This document shows positions 47,501 through 59,389 of a DNA stretch of 64,000 bases, in pieces. Every line of letters starts with the position of its first letter. The stretch's first letter is position 1. Made by a program: the position numbers and the translations under genes. Source of the stretch: Tubiluchus corallicola (Eukaryota > Animalia > Priapulida); assembly GCA_030141605.1 (NCBI GenBank), contig JAQGDQ010000210.1:248001-312000 (forward strand), given 5' to 3'. The notes under the pieces are model-generated. The model worked only from the letters and a program-made list of their open reading frames with translations, made no database searches and was not told the DNA's origin.

Positions 47501-47821
47501 AACACGTAAGAATTTGGTTAAAATTTGGTTGCATGGTACAAAGGTCATACTTACATCATACGACACTTTCTTGGTTTCTTTTGTTGGAGAAAGCGGACGT
47601 AAGAAGTAGTTTTTGGTGCCATGTGAAGTACTTGGAGCACTGGAGCTATAAAGTGCAGCTGGAGCAGTTGCAGTCAGGCTCCTCTTTCCAAAACTGCTGT
47701 CAAGATGTAAATGCTCCAGCTGCTTCATATTCTTCCAGTTTGCAGCATCTGCGACGTTAGTTTTAGTTAAAGCAGGAAGATTTTCCAGTGACCTATTGCC
47801 TCCAAAACCACTGTAATTCAT
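29694..47821 (-). CDS. CCDC170: Coiled-coil domain-containing protein 170-like, about 15 coding exons, about 837 aa
   Basis: Minus-strand exons: 47821-47555, 46184-46114, 45552-45525 (microexon, less certain), 44387-44295, 43510-43254, 42659-42509, 41893-41708, 38728-38585, 37751-37575, 35639-35439, 35349-35182, 34252-34097 (GC donor), 33125-33039, 31207-30971, 29984-29694; phases consistent. C-terminal QLLDFRQVIARMLGLDVATVAVPDYEIIARLEKL matches the CCDC170 C-terminal motif (MLGL..LALPDYEII..LE); long heptad coiled coil. N-terminal exons are less certain. Confidence 0.85.
32230..32401. repeat. Near-perfect 172-bp palindrome (hairpin) in a CCDC170 intron
   Basis: About 80-bp arms differing by one indel and one substitution outside the AT-rich centre. 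Confidence 0.9.
34419..34775 (-). mobile_element. Second copy of the TAGGGGTGAGC hAT MITE
   Basis: Reverse complement of most of 38100-38498. Confidence 0.75.
35815..36760 (+). mobile_element. TA-flanked pogo/Tigger-like non-autonomous element (CAGTAGG.. TIRs); partial copy at about 31490-31835
   Basis: TIRs cagtaggtgccagttaatagactca / tgagtctattaagcggtgccaactg; right half repeated at 31490-31835. Confidence 0.75.
36902..37304. mobile_element. Tigger-like MITE (CAGTGTTCCCTC TIRs)
   Basis: TIRs cagtgttccctcact / agcgagggaacactg, TA on the left. Confidence 0.75.
38100..38498 (+). mobile_element. hAT-type MITE (TAGGGGTGAGC TIRs, TTCGAA-rich); inverted truncated copy at 34419-34775
   Basis: 11-bp TIRs; imperfect 8-bp TSD gcttacag/ccttgcag. 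Confidence 0.8.
39225..39991 (-). mobile_element. Internally deleted hAT (Buster/Charlie-type) transposon with a transposase remnant
   Basis: TIRs cagcggttcccaaa / tttgagaaccattg; perfect 8-bp TSD ATCTAGAA; minus-strand peptide ELRSKFKKSYQDFWLQKKISDCYPVLWNKVKLLL resembles the hAT C-terminal dimerisation region. Confidence 0.85.
40825..41350. mobile_element. Cluster of the same hammerhead-bearing palindromic family (one arm 40825-41015; full palindrome about 41020-41350)
   Basis: Hammerhead-like motifs at 40901-40939 (+, degenerate), 41030-41068 (-) and 41224-41262 (+); flanks similar to 3433-3792. Confidence 0.75.
41224..41262 (+). ncRNA. Minimal hammerhead ribozyme motif
   Basis: CCA CUGAUGA U GACAGC-AGACA-GCUGUC GAAAC AUC UGG; perfect 6-bp stem II. 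Confidence 0.6.
42055..42295. mobile_element. Internally deleted copy of the hammerhead palindrome family
   Basis: Outer arms retained (aaaacaacacaac / gttgtgttgttttaactataa); degenerate hammerhead remnants at 42123-42201. Confidence 0.65.
44403..44592. repeat. Compound microsatellite (ATT)n/(ATTGTC)n/(ATTATC)n
   Basis: Directly visible. Confidence 0.95.
44628..45230 (-). mobile_element. Decayed L2-type LINE 3' end
   Basis: Minus strand reads DHITLLLIDLYWIPIKYKIDFKILFLAYKCVN..YLQE and SFSSAAP, like L2 ORF2 (HITP.L..LHWLP...RI.FK); (ATT)n tail. Confidence 0.7.
46765..47183 (+). mobile_element. TA-flanked MITE, same family as 18351-18759
   Basis: TIRs cacttatatgtc/gacatatgagtg, TA TSD, shared internal sequence. 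Confidence 0.75.
47281..47532. repeat. Degenerate repeat starting CCCAGC with internal TTGGATTTTGGTC repeats (non-autonomous TIR element remnant)
   Basis: Internal direct repeats at about 47410 and 47470; similar CCCAGC starts at 46594 and 51597. Confidence 0.4.
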
Positions 47822-49017
47822 TGCTAAAAGCATGAAATTATGACAACGAATACAGAATAATAAATTCATGATATGAACATACTGTTACTGTTAAAAAGGT
47901 AGAACTTCCCAGTCTTACGTTAGCAAGCAATGTTGAAAGCCCAGGAAATGCCAACAACTTTACATAGGAGAGTTCCATTACAAATGTTGACTTGTAATAA
48001 ATCGTAGGCAACTACGATTGCAGCTCATAGCCTAACTAACTGCACACTCAACATTTAAAGTTCTATAAATCTGCTGTTATACTGTTATCCTGTCATGATT
48101 AGGGGTTAAACAAGTAAACTCCTAGAAACAACATATTTTCTCAAAAAATAATTGTTGATTAAGGATTTAAACTTTACTACAGCTGGTGCATAGCAATCAC
48201 TGGTGGCAGATAGATTATTCAATTCATTCACTACTCTCGCAGCAGTAAAACTGAATGTTAAGATGTGACTAATCTTTAAAATGTTTTAAACTGTGTCCTC
48301 TAGTTTTAGAATCAACAAATAAATTAAAACATTTACTCAGGCAAAATGTTTTCTTTTCTTGTCAGTATTTATAAACCTCAATAAGTTTTCCACTGTGTCT
48401 TCTTAATTCAATGGTGGTCAAATTATAATACTGTACTTCAATCTTTCTAAATACCCAGATTTTTACAACCACATATTTTTCTTGTACAACGCCTTTGTAC
48501 TACTTCCATAAGCAATATGTCTTTCTGAATTCTGATAATGAGGATTCCAAAGCCGAACACAGTATTCTAGATGAGATATAACTAAACTAATTATGTATAA
48601 TATCTTTATTTCTAGAAACAATCTGCCTCTTTATCATCCCAAATATTTTATTATTTTGCTTTTTAAACGAAGGAAACGCATTGCTAGAAGTTAGATGTTA
48701 TTATCACACCAAGATCATTTTTAACTTCAAAGAGATGTTCCATTCATAATATAATCACTGTATTCCAAAACTGAAATGCAGCCACATTACCTCATTATTA
48801 CCAACACTATAATAACAAATGCTTATTACTAATGAATATATTTTAATTAGTTGAATATAATTGCTTATAATTATAACGCACCTAATTTAAACCTTGGCGA
48901 TTAACTTATCCATAAATGAAACACAACACACTCCATGCCAACGACGAAGCGAACGTAGTCAATGTACTCAAGCCAGGTGGAATGGATCGCCGATCTCACA
49001 TCAGAAAATCAATCGTC

Positions 49018-49031
49018 GTTGTCATAGTAAC
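49018..49031. promoter_or_regulatory. RFX X-box (GTTGTCATAGTAAC) in the CCDC170/MRPL49 intergenic promoter
   Basis: 14-bp imperfect palindrome matching the X-box consensus (GTTGCCATGGCAAC-like), between two divergent genes. Confidence 0.65.
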
Positions 49032-49297
49032 TTTTCGGTCAGGTGGTTGCTATTTACGCGATGCATTTTCTGATCGTGGCCAACGGAAAGTCCAAAAAAT
49101 AAAAATAATTCAACTAACATGTAAGATGCAGTGAACTTTTAAACCAACTGTAAATCGCAATATTTTTATTATTACCTAGTTTTCAATATAACTGCATAAT
49201 AATGTTTAAGTGGTTTGAAAAAGTTCTTTCACTTTTTTTGACGTTTAGAACGAAGACGGTGCGCCGTGAAAACTAGGTTAGTCGTGTTTGAGAGAAC

Positions 49298-52200
49298 ATG
49301 GCAGCTTCTGTAGTTAGCAGTTATTCTCGCCGATTTTTTGTCAAATTCAGCACGAAACTTTGTAATACCGCTTCCGTTAACAACAAAGTATGCTTACATG
49401 TTTCTAGCAGGTTTAAGTTTGAGTAGGAGTACACCAGTATGTTGACGATACATGAATAGGAATTTATTCGTTCCTGTATTTTGAGTGGTAGCGCGGTGTA
49501 AACATGAATTTCATTATAATTATTAGTATAATATTTAATAATAGGCAAATAGTAGCACAAACTTTCCTATTGCACTGCTTATGCACTGGTTGTCACTTGG
49601 TACTAAGAAATGATCCTAACACTAACCCTAGCCAAAATTAATTGTGACTTTTCCTAACCATAACTGATTTTTTTCGTAACTTATTTCCTGTGACTTTATA
49701 ACCGGTCACCGACAGTAAGACTTGTAAATGTTCTGTTCCATCAAAACGCGTTGTTTATCAAAAAATCATTAAACAAAACCATGGATCCCATAGTTAAACT
49801 CCAAAAGGAAAATCATCAATGCTTGGCTCATAAATCCAGCCCTTTATGGGATTCATCTTTTCAATATTAATTTGTTTTTATTTTTCCACCCATGCTGTTT
49901 TTGATGAGCCATTTTCCCAGCACAAGCTTTGGCATTGTCACTCTCCTGGGAAGGAATGGTCTCGTACTTGCACATCAGAACCTATTTGAACTGACTCCAA
50001 CTGCTCAGTAGCTCTTTTCCCAGCATGTAGCATGCAAGAAAAGATGTCTGGCAGGTTATTCTATGCTACATTTTTGTTTTCTTTTCATTCGGTGATGCAG
50101 ATAACATGTCAAACCAATTCCACGAAAAGCAGTCAAAGCATCTCATTCATTACATTCCATACTATAAGCGTGTTGGTCTGTAGATGTAATTTTGTTTTGT
50201 AAATTTGGAATTATACAGATTGAGTATTTCAAAAAATACATTCATTTTGATTACTACTTTGAACTACTGTACCCACGCAAGGGTGCCATTACTCCAATAG
50301 GTTATTCACTCATTTGATGCTATGTTGATAACGGTGACAATGATGATTATGATGATGATGAAAGAGTTTAAACATCCCGTCTGCTATCATAGGATTACAT
50401 CATCCACGGGTAAAAAATTACAAATATTATTACTATGTACAATTTTGACAGATTACAAAACAGTCATTATGCTCAACAAATATCTTCGATGGAGAGCACC
50501 CAGAGGAATTTCCAACAGAAGCAGTTCATATGGCTCCAGACTGGAATTTACCAAAACCAATCCCAGTTGATGAATTGCCGCCATTAGAAGAGGAAGTATG
50601 ATGCTATCGTTCGTTTTTATTTTTACTTTTGATAAACATAAAACTTGTGCTTCATCTGTCTATTAAATTATGTGTGCTGTTGTGTTGTTGTTCAGTTAAA
50701 TGTTTTGCTAAGTGTTTTAGTGTATTAGATCCAAACTTCTCTTTTTAATTGATACAATACTTGGTAAAGTGGTGAAAAACCAAAAATGTGAAGTAGGCTA
50801 TAAAAATAATACAACTGCTTTACACATTTTGTCATACATAGAATATGATCGGGATAATGGTTAGTTTATAAATTAAGCAAATTAAACATATGCGGAGGCA
50901 AATTCAAATATGACTTTGCTACCAAATGCACCATGTCACTTGTAAATTTTTCTACTTTACTTCAAAATTTTTAATGCCTTTTCATCAGTTTTTTCATTAA
51001 GAATGCACGATTTTTTATAGCTGAGTTATAGACATAGATATGTGAACTCTAATCCGACATGGTATATGCAATGTTGACAGAAATTTTCAAGCCTCTGTCA
51101 TCTGTTGCCCAGAACTACAATTCTTTCTAGTGTTTCTCAATTAAATTTGCATCAATTCACAGCATCTCATGCTCAGCACTTACTAAAGGTTTACAAAGAA
51201 TAAATAATTCTTAAAAACTGAAATGTACCACAGCGGAAAGGAGTGGAGACAATTAAGCGTGCATAAAACGTGGAAAAGGCAGGAAAAACGCAGTCTGTCA
51301 ATGATAGTTTCAGCAGCAATAAAGGGCTGTTTCTTCACTCGTTGATCGAGTACAGCATGGGTAATAGAGAATTTCAATGATTATAGTTTTCAACAATGCC
51401 TCACTACCCAGGGGAGCTGTTCTGCTGATAGATGTCGCAGCCACAACAGAAACTGTACTGCATTTGCCTTTTCCTAACATTGTTTAAAATGCTTTGTGTG
51501 TGATGTCAGACACAAAGGTGTGATTTCAAGCACAATTACGTGGATGGTGTTGATGGCACAATTTGCTGAATTACCAGTTAATATCAGTCCTTATCACCCA
51601 GCTAGCATTTTTCTCTATATGCATGAGTATGTGTAGAGATAAACACATGGGCCTGCTAGAGCATCAAAGTTATATAGGCCTTCATTTTGCCGCTGTTACT
51701 GTTTCATAACTGCGACACGTTTAGTTGTTTTGTAGTAATACACATATAATTAACATATATATATATATATATATTGGTTTTTCAGCCGACCACTTTATTT
51801 TATAAATTTTTTGTCATTCTTTGATATTCTGAATTTACTGCAATTTAAATTTGGCTTAAAATAACGTTTTCTTATCGTTTTTGTTGCAAAAGTAGACGTA
51901 GTCAAATAAAACAGTAGTTTAGCATGTTTAATTATAATGTTTATCTTGCCTAATTTTATTTAAGGCTTATTTTTATTTATTTGTCTATTTAAGGTTCATT
52001 TCGTCTACTGTCGTCAAAATTAAAATGCTTTTTTCTGCACATATTATATAAACTTAAGTCATGTTTAAACATTTCCATGTCTATATATATATATAGTGTG
52101 AAAAGCTTATAAGTTCTTAAAATACATATGCATTTAATGTTTCTCTATGCACGAAAACAAAAAACCGTAATTATATTCATAAGTAATTCTATTTTCTGGC

Positions 52201-55200
52201 CGTAATCCTTGATTCTGATGGAACCGGGTGTTTACCTGAAAAAATTTAGAAGTTTTCTAGTTTATATACAGGTGACATTTGTTGTGCTCTCCTGTAATGT
52301 GTTTTTGTTGTAGTGCACAAGAAAGTTAAATTGTTCGTGATGTGTACAAATGTACATTTGCTTACTTCCAAGCTGAAATAAGTTACCAGTAAGTATAAAA
52401 GTTATACATATATCTTTATTTCTATTTCTTGCTCCTTAGGTAACAAGTGTAGAAGAGTCAGCCGACGCTTTCAAATGGGTGGCAAGATTGCTGCCACCCG
52501 AAGCTGTTCCGCCGCCACCAAAGAGAGGTTCATCCCCTTTGCCATCTGGTTGGATGCCACCTCCTGGTACGTATTTTTGTTGTTGTTTAGTCATGGTAAT
52601 TCTGTAAGTTTTATTTTTCCAAAATATTTCACTTCTTTTAATAACTGCTTGTGATGTTGGTAGAAATGTTTTTGAATGAAATTAAATTAATTACTGATTC
52701 GCCTCCCCCTCCTCCCGGTGGGCCCGATTCGAAAAATAAAGTATCAATGGCACGACACTAGATCGAGACCTTTCGTTTGATATATAGATCGCCGCAAATG
52801 GTGGCCTCATCCGGGCTGTAGCCTCGAATCTTATATATATACCAAGAATATTAATATAAGAGAATAATCTGATATTGTGTGATACAAGATAGTACTAGTT
52901 AATAATAGCATTTTTTCTTTTTTTTCTGATATTTTTCTCATTGCAGCTCGCACACTAGTAATTACATATGTCAGACCTGTCAACCATTTGATGTAAAAAT
53001 GAGGGTAAAACTAAGAAAACCTAGGGATCACCAGTCTGCAAGCGAAATCCTTTGGGTGCAATATGTGCCGCAGAAATTTTTGCTTTTTTTATGCTGTTGA
53101 AAATTATGTGCAGTCTCGATGTCATCACTAATTGGGTTTGACAGCCATTTAAATTTTTAACCTATTATTTACTTATCAGCAACACTTTGGCATTATTATA
53201 GGTGTTAAGATGTATACTTTTTAGTGTTTTACAAAACAAGAATTTTCTTTGTTCTTAAAATTTTAGTTGAGCATTATACTGAGCAATAATGTGAAATTGT
53301 AATTAGTTAATTGAATTGTTGTAGTAGATACGTACTGGCTATAAGTATTGTTCTTTACAGCTCATTCAGCATAACAAACTGTAGGTACCTCTTTTTCAGT
53401 GATTTCCTTCCTTAGCACTGGCTTTTTTCTTGCCTCTCACAAAAACAGATCTTCTTCTACTCTAAGTAAATCATTGTTGATGTAAAAGACATATTTAACA
53501 TTTTAGATGTTGCACCTGATCTTCCATACTTTGTCGAAAGACGACGCATGTTAGATTACCCTGTTTTCTTCGAGGTTAAACATCAGGCTCAGGAGAGAAT
53601 ACTTATTCGTAATGTACGTGGAGACATATGGGTACGTAGCTTCTGCAATAAATGCTGTTTTAGAAGTTATTTTTGACTCATCGTTTCATTTATGTTTTGC
53701 AGTGGATGTTTGCACAAAAAGCAGGCTTCATAAAATGGCTTTCCTTACTTAAAGTTTTCCAGTGTAATGTTGTTAAATTTGACAAAAGAATAATGTGCTT
53801 AAAGTTAAATTTGCAACATTATAGTCGTGGCAATAATGCCATTAATGACACTGAATTATCTTCAATCAGATAGAAAAAAAGTTATGCTTGGTGACTGTGT
53901 GTACTTTTTTTTAATGTAGTTTAAACAAAGTTTCATTTTAAAATTGAAGAAAGGCAATTTCAAAGCATGTCCAAAAAACTTTTCAAACAAACTTATATTA
54001 CTTAGCATTACACTTACCTGCTTGGAAAGACTTACGTAACTAAGAAAAATTATTAATAACTTAAAATGTTCCTGCCTACCGATAATGTGTCACAGATTCG
54101 CCTTCCCAGTGTGCACAACTGACTCACTAAAAATGTATTATTAATCTGATTGACAAGATACAGTAACTTAAACTTGCACTTTCTTACTGAACTGTGCGCT
54201 ACGAATGCTCTGGTTAACTTTCCAAATTTTGTGCAATGTTATATAAATTGGTTTCAAAACACCGTCAGAATGACTGCTCCTAACTGTCTTAGTGGGAATT
54301 TAAATTTTTAAGTTTTATACAGCGTTACTACTAATGCAAGGCCTGTATGCAATAAGGCAGTATGCAGGTGATACAAAATTAAAGATGATTTCCTAAAGCT
54401 TTATTTATGAAGAGTGTTTCTTGTGCTTTTAAGGAATGGTCCTTTGCAAATACTTTATGAGGCGAGCGCAAAACACACAGCATCATACTCGGTGACTGAA
54501 ATTAAGACAGACACCTCTGCTGTGTCAGTAGCTCACTTTAAAGGCATAGCTTTGATATGAGTCACGTTCCAGTCTTGCCACAACTATCCAATTGAGTAGG
54601 CCCTTTTGTCATGTGCTGGATTCCAGCTTGCAGTGAGCTGCTGCATAAGTAACTACCTATGTGGCTTAAAATGCATTTTGCCCAAAAGTGAAAAAGCAAA
54701 GTTACAGGAATATGTGGTTTTGTGATTTGAGAGTTTTATAACCAATTGCTTCTTCTAGACAGAAATAATCAAACAACATACTTTTTGCACTAAGAATTCT
54801 GGATTTTTTATCAGTAATTTGGGGCTTCTCCCATGTTCGAGGTCACTATACTATAACATTACTAAAAAACAAGGAAATATGTCTTACAATTGTGGTAAAA
54901 TTACAGCTAGAATTAAATTATTAAAATTCCACCAATTTGTTGATGAAAATCAATAAAAAAGGCTGCAACCTAAGCTAATTCTGTGTAGTAATGCCAACTC
55001 ATTGCCAATTGACAGCAAAAAGTTGCACATATATTCAGTTTAACCTAAGATAATTCGAAAACCTATCATGTCTAGTTTAAGCGCAACACATATTACTGAG
55101 GCACATATAATATAATATAATAATATTCTTTATTGCAATTATTGTACACAAACTGTACTATACAAAATACATATACATAAAATTTTTGTGTACAAACAGT

Positions 55201-56416
55201 CAGAAAGCTGATGAAAGCAATAGTGTCTACTATCATTTAAAATCTACAATCATTAAATAATTCTACTTAATTTGAACACTCGCAGAATTCTAACATTGCA
55301 ACACAAAACAAAAAATCACATTTATACATACAAACAAAAGATAATGTAACATTTACAAGTTTTAGAACTGCACAACAATTAAAACAAGCAAAATTAGCAT
55401 AAAGGAACTTATACAGTACTAATTAATTGCAAATTTATAAAATCCATTACTGCTCTAATTTAATAAACAATACAAACATAAACTTTGCACATCATTACAA
55501 CTTTGATTAAAACGCTGTTATAATAATAATATTCCACATGATAATCACTATAAGTTTACCACAATGACGTTATGAAATCATTATTGATTCCGCATATGAT
55601 TTTAGCCCCTTTATTCGCTGGCTTTCTGTAGTTTCTTAACAGAGTATTTCTTAGTTCAGTTTTAAAGCTTTTAATATTAATTGCCGATTTTATATTAGAA
55701 GGAGCTGAATTCCAAATGCTCATGGCCATCTTTGAAATTGGATACTGTCCATATTTATTATTCGTTTGAGTCTGTTTAACATTGAACGTTCGTTTATTAG
55801 TTTGTAGGTCTTTAATAATTACAGAATGCTGGACTCAAGTTATTTAAATATTTATATAGGATGATTAGGCTGCAATACTGCAAGTATGCTTCGATTGTAT
55901 TCATGTTCACCTATTAATCACTCAGTGAAGTTTTATCTTTAAAAATTTTGATACTAACTGTAGTTTATAGGCAGTGTTAGCAATAACAGAATAAACGGCT
56001 TATATTCAGTTGTTTAACATGAATGTGAAATTATATTTTAATTCCTGTAAGTTATGAATGAAAACTCAAAGAATAACAAAAGGGAATTTCCTGCATTTGT
56101 CAGTGTTAAAACTTAAAAAAGCACTTAAATTTTAGTAGGCATTTAACAGCAGAGCATAGGATGAATATACTATACGTAGGATGAATATACTATACATAGG
56201 ATGAATTGTTATACTTGTGTGGCCAAGCTAGAAGCCAGTAATATTTTTGTTTTGCAGGCTTTTGCGAAAGACATTCAGGATCATTTGTCGAACAAATATG
56301 GCCGTTTCATTGCCGTTAATGTCAACGAATACACAAGAGTTGTTCGTGTCAAAGTGAAAGGTGAACCTGATCCAATGGAAGATGTCAAACAGTTTTTGTG
56401 TGATCAAGGCTTTTGA
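49298..56416 (+). CDS. MRPL49: Mitochondrial ribosomal protein L49 (mL49), 5 exons, 214 aa
   Basis: Exons 49298-49387, 50452-50595, 52440-52566, 53507-53631, 56258-56416. Ser/Arg-rich, acid-free N-terminus (MAASVVSSYSRRFFVKFSTK) resembles a mitochondrial presequence. Motifs FKWVARLLPP..PSGWMPP, LPYFVERRRM, IRNVRGDIW, VNE and terminal LCDQGF* match mL49. Confidence 0.9.
55105..55830 (-). mobile_element. Decayed 3' end of a related LINE in MRPL49 intron 4
   Basis: Minus strand reads KRTFNVKQTQTNNKYGQYPISKMAMSIWNSAPSNIK..FKTELR; AATAAAG plus an (ATATT)n tail. Confidence 0.65.
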
Positions 56417-57034
56417 ATCTTTTTGCTTGTTATGCCAGTTGATTTGTAAATATCGTATTTTGTACACAGTTCGTGTATTTAACGTCTTTGAACATTGCAT
56501 TGTTCACCATCTAGTACTAACCAATCTGGATCAATATCTTTGAAAAATATGCTTTTAGTTACATTTAAACTTCGGCATAAGTTGCCTAAAAATTTTCCTA
56601 AGTTAAGTGTTATCTAAGTGTAAGAACTTGAAGCAGAGAGCATTTGTTGTTGTCCTGCTGTTACTGCACTCTTCCAACAGTTGAAGAGTTGCCATACTGC
56701 TGCAGATGTGAAGCGAAAGTTCCGGTGATACGCGACAAATTTTGCATTTTTTCTTAGAATGTTAAATTTTGTTTGCTATTTGTGTTTTCCGTGTTAGTAT
56801 GTAGTTTTGTAAATCAATCTTGCATATTAATTGTTTTAATTAAATTTAGTATTAGATATTCTTGACATTCAGTTTATATCTACTGATTAGTCATCCACAG
56901 AAATTTCTGGCTCACAGTTAATCAAAATAAAGAAAATATCTAATTTGTTAGTATCACGCTAGTGTAAGGGATCTAATTATGCTTTGTTTGGCCTGCTGTA
57001 AGGGATGAACTTTGAACTGCTTTGACCACTGGGA

Positions 57035-57107
57035 GATGCAGTGGCCTATTGGTTAAGATGTCTGCAATGTAAGCAGAAAGTCTGCAGTTCAAATCCAGGG
57101 TGCATTC
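57035..57107 (+). pseudogene. tRNA-like sequence (tRNA pseudogene or tRNA-derived SINE head)
   Basis: A box TGGCCTATTGGTTAAG, B box GTTCAAATCC, stem TCTGC/GCAGA around 7-nt loop AATGTAA, acceptor-like GATGCA/TGCATT; D and T stems mispaired. Confidence 0.65.
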
Positions 57108-57654
57108 TTTTAGTGTTACAATTTTTCACATTTCAAATTAGATATCATAATTTAATTAACCATGGGATCGTAACATCATTTGTTGCATATTAATATCCTT
57201 TCGAAGACTATGCAATTTTTTAGAGCAACTTGTACACTAAATTTCAATATCACAGATCCTGATTTGTAGTTCCACTCAAAACAAGTAGATTCATTGTCAT
57301 GGACTGTAATGTTTCATGTCCTTATGAATAAAATACACATTTGTATTAGATCTGTGTACATTAAATTCCTTTCTTTAATGTAATTAAAAAAATTAAGTAA
57401 CTCGTCATCTTAGATTCACTTTGTTTACAGTGCAAAAATCCCAAGACAATTAAAGTTATAATAGAAGTTCGATTGGCATATTTCCTAATTATGTACAGTT
57501 GGTTTGCAAAGGGACAACAAGGAGAATCTTTTCAAATGGGTTGCCGTGGTGTCTGACGTATAAAACCTGGAAACTGGGATAGACACTACCGCTAAAATTA
57601 TTATTTATAAATAAACATTATGCAGAAATAAGCAAAACAGGACTAAATGAATTC

Positions 57655-58775
57655 AGAGCCAACCCGTGAGCGTAATGCAATGACCGTGTGTACATCTGAC
57701 TATACCTGGTCAAGTATAGTTAACTTATATCACTGCTTGTAGATCATTACTTTCAAGCGTGATTAACCGGTGAGCACTGTGCTCACTTGACTGTAACTAC
57801 GGTTTACTCATGATTGAGCAGTTTGCCCTAATTTTAACATTTCAACCCCATCCAAGCGCCTCAAATCCCCTGATGGACGTCCCTCACAATACCCCTAAGT
57901 ACGTCTCTGTGTGGGAAGTTTCAAATTTCGTGACACTGCGTACTGTAGTTTTACAATTATTTAATGTTACGGCTTGGGGGAACAAAACCATAAGCCATAA
58001 TTTTTGCATTTTGGCTCCTGTCATAGACTTTTAAACAACGCTTTTCATCCAGCCATTATCTGAGCCCCTACTCCAGGTGTCTACCAGGTGTCTTACTCTA
58101 GTTACTGTAGTTTTACTGTTGTTCACTGTTATGTATTTTTGCTCCTACCGCGGGCTCTTGAAAAATCACACAGTTTTAAAACTCCCGGTACAGATTTACC
58201 TTACAATACCTAAATGGTTATAGGAAAAAATAGGAATTGAACTCAAAATACTAGGACGTATTGAATCATTGGCAATCGAAAGATTGACCGATGTCTAGTG
58301 TCCTTGACCCTTTGATAGAGGCAACTGTACACTGCACCATTTTCAAAGCCCTTACCCCGTGTATCGACCCTGCGAGTTTAATGTGTCTAGCGGTCGAAAT
58401 TTGCGAGTTAACATGAACTAAAAGCAAATGCCATAATTTTCGTATTTTAGCTTCTGTCTCAGACCCTTCAAAAGCCCGAATGCACATCTACCCTACATTA
58501 CCTAAGTGCTTGTGAAAAAATTGGAATGTCCTAGGAGGACTTAGATGGCAGTCGAAAAACTGACCGACGTCAAGACTCCTTGACCCTTTGACCCAGATCA
58601 CCGTTCACCACACCACTTTCAAGACCCTTTGTCCAGCTATCTGCTGTAAGTTTCGTGACTCTTGCTCCCACTGCGTTTGCGAGTTAACGTTAATTAAAAA
58701 TTGGAAAACTGGAAATTAATGAAAAAATCAGCGTTCTGTTTCTCCTAGACTCGCGACATTAGCGCTCGCGGATAA
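57655..58775. repeat. GC-richer interspersed repeat with an internal duplication (58269-58410 similar to 58546-58695)
   Basis: Two alignable units (tggcaatcgaaa..ccttgaccctttg..ttgcgagttaac); terminal hairpin-like cgcga..tcgcg. Confidence 0.5.
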
Positions 58776-58796
58776 AAACGTCAAAGTCTAAATTAG

Positions 58797-58819
58797 TACT
58801 ATTGCTGCTGCTCCTGCTG

Positions 58820-58904
<85 letters not shown>

Positions 58905-59016
58905 CACCACTACCGCTAACACTACTACGACTACTAATGATACTGCTACTATACTAATACTACTGCTGCTGATGATGCTACTGCTGCTACTACTACTGCT
59001 GCTACTGCTACAACTG

Positions 59017-59060
<44 letters not shown>

Positions 59061-59088
59061 ACTACTACTACTACTACTACTGCTACTG

Positions 59089-59161
<73 letters not shown>

Positions 59162-59197
59162 CACCACCACCACCACCACCACCACCACCACTACTAC
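58797..59197. repeat. About 400-bp compound trinucleotide microsatellite (CTA)n/(CTG)n/(CCA)n
   Basis: Directly visible. Confidence 0.95.
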
Positions 59198-59200
59198 GAA

Positions 59201-59224
59201 TGACGTCCGAGGCCGCCTATAAAA
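59201..59224 (+). promoter_or_regulatory. CRE-like TGACGTC and TATAAAA box upstream of the Ly6-family gene
   Basis: TGACGTC at 59201 and TATAAAA at 59218-59224, about 170 bp upstream of the ATG. Confidence 0.35.
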
Positions 59225-59389
59225 TACCGATGACGAGAAAGATAGCAAACGAAAAAGAACATAAAACAATGATAAACAATGCCTAATTTTCAATTTATCA
59301 GTACTTTGAGAATTTCATTCGAAGACAGACTTTAACAAAAAAAAGTTCTTGTACGCTATGACTATTGCAGTATTATGCTATGAAACAGA

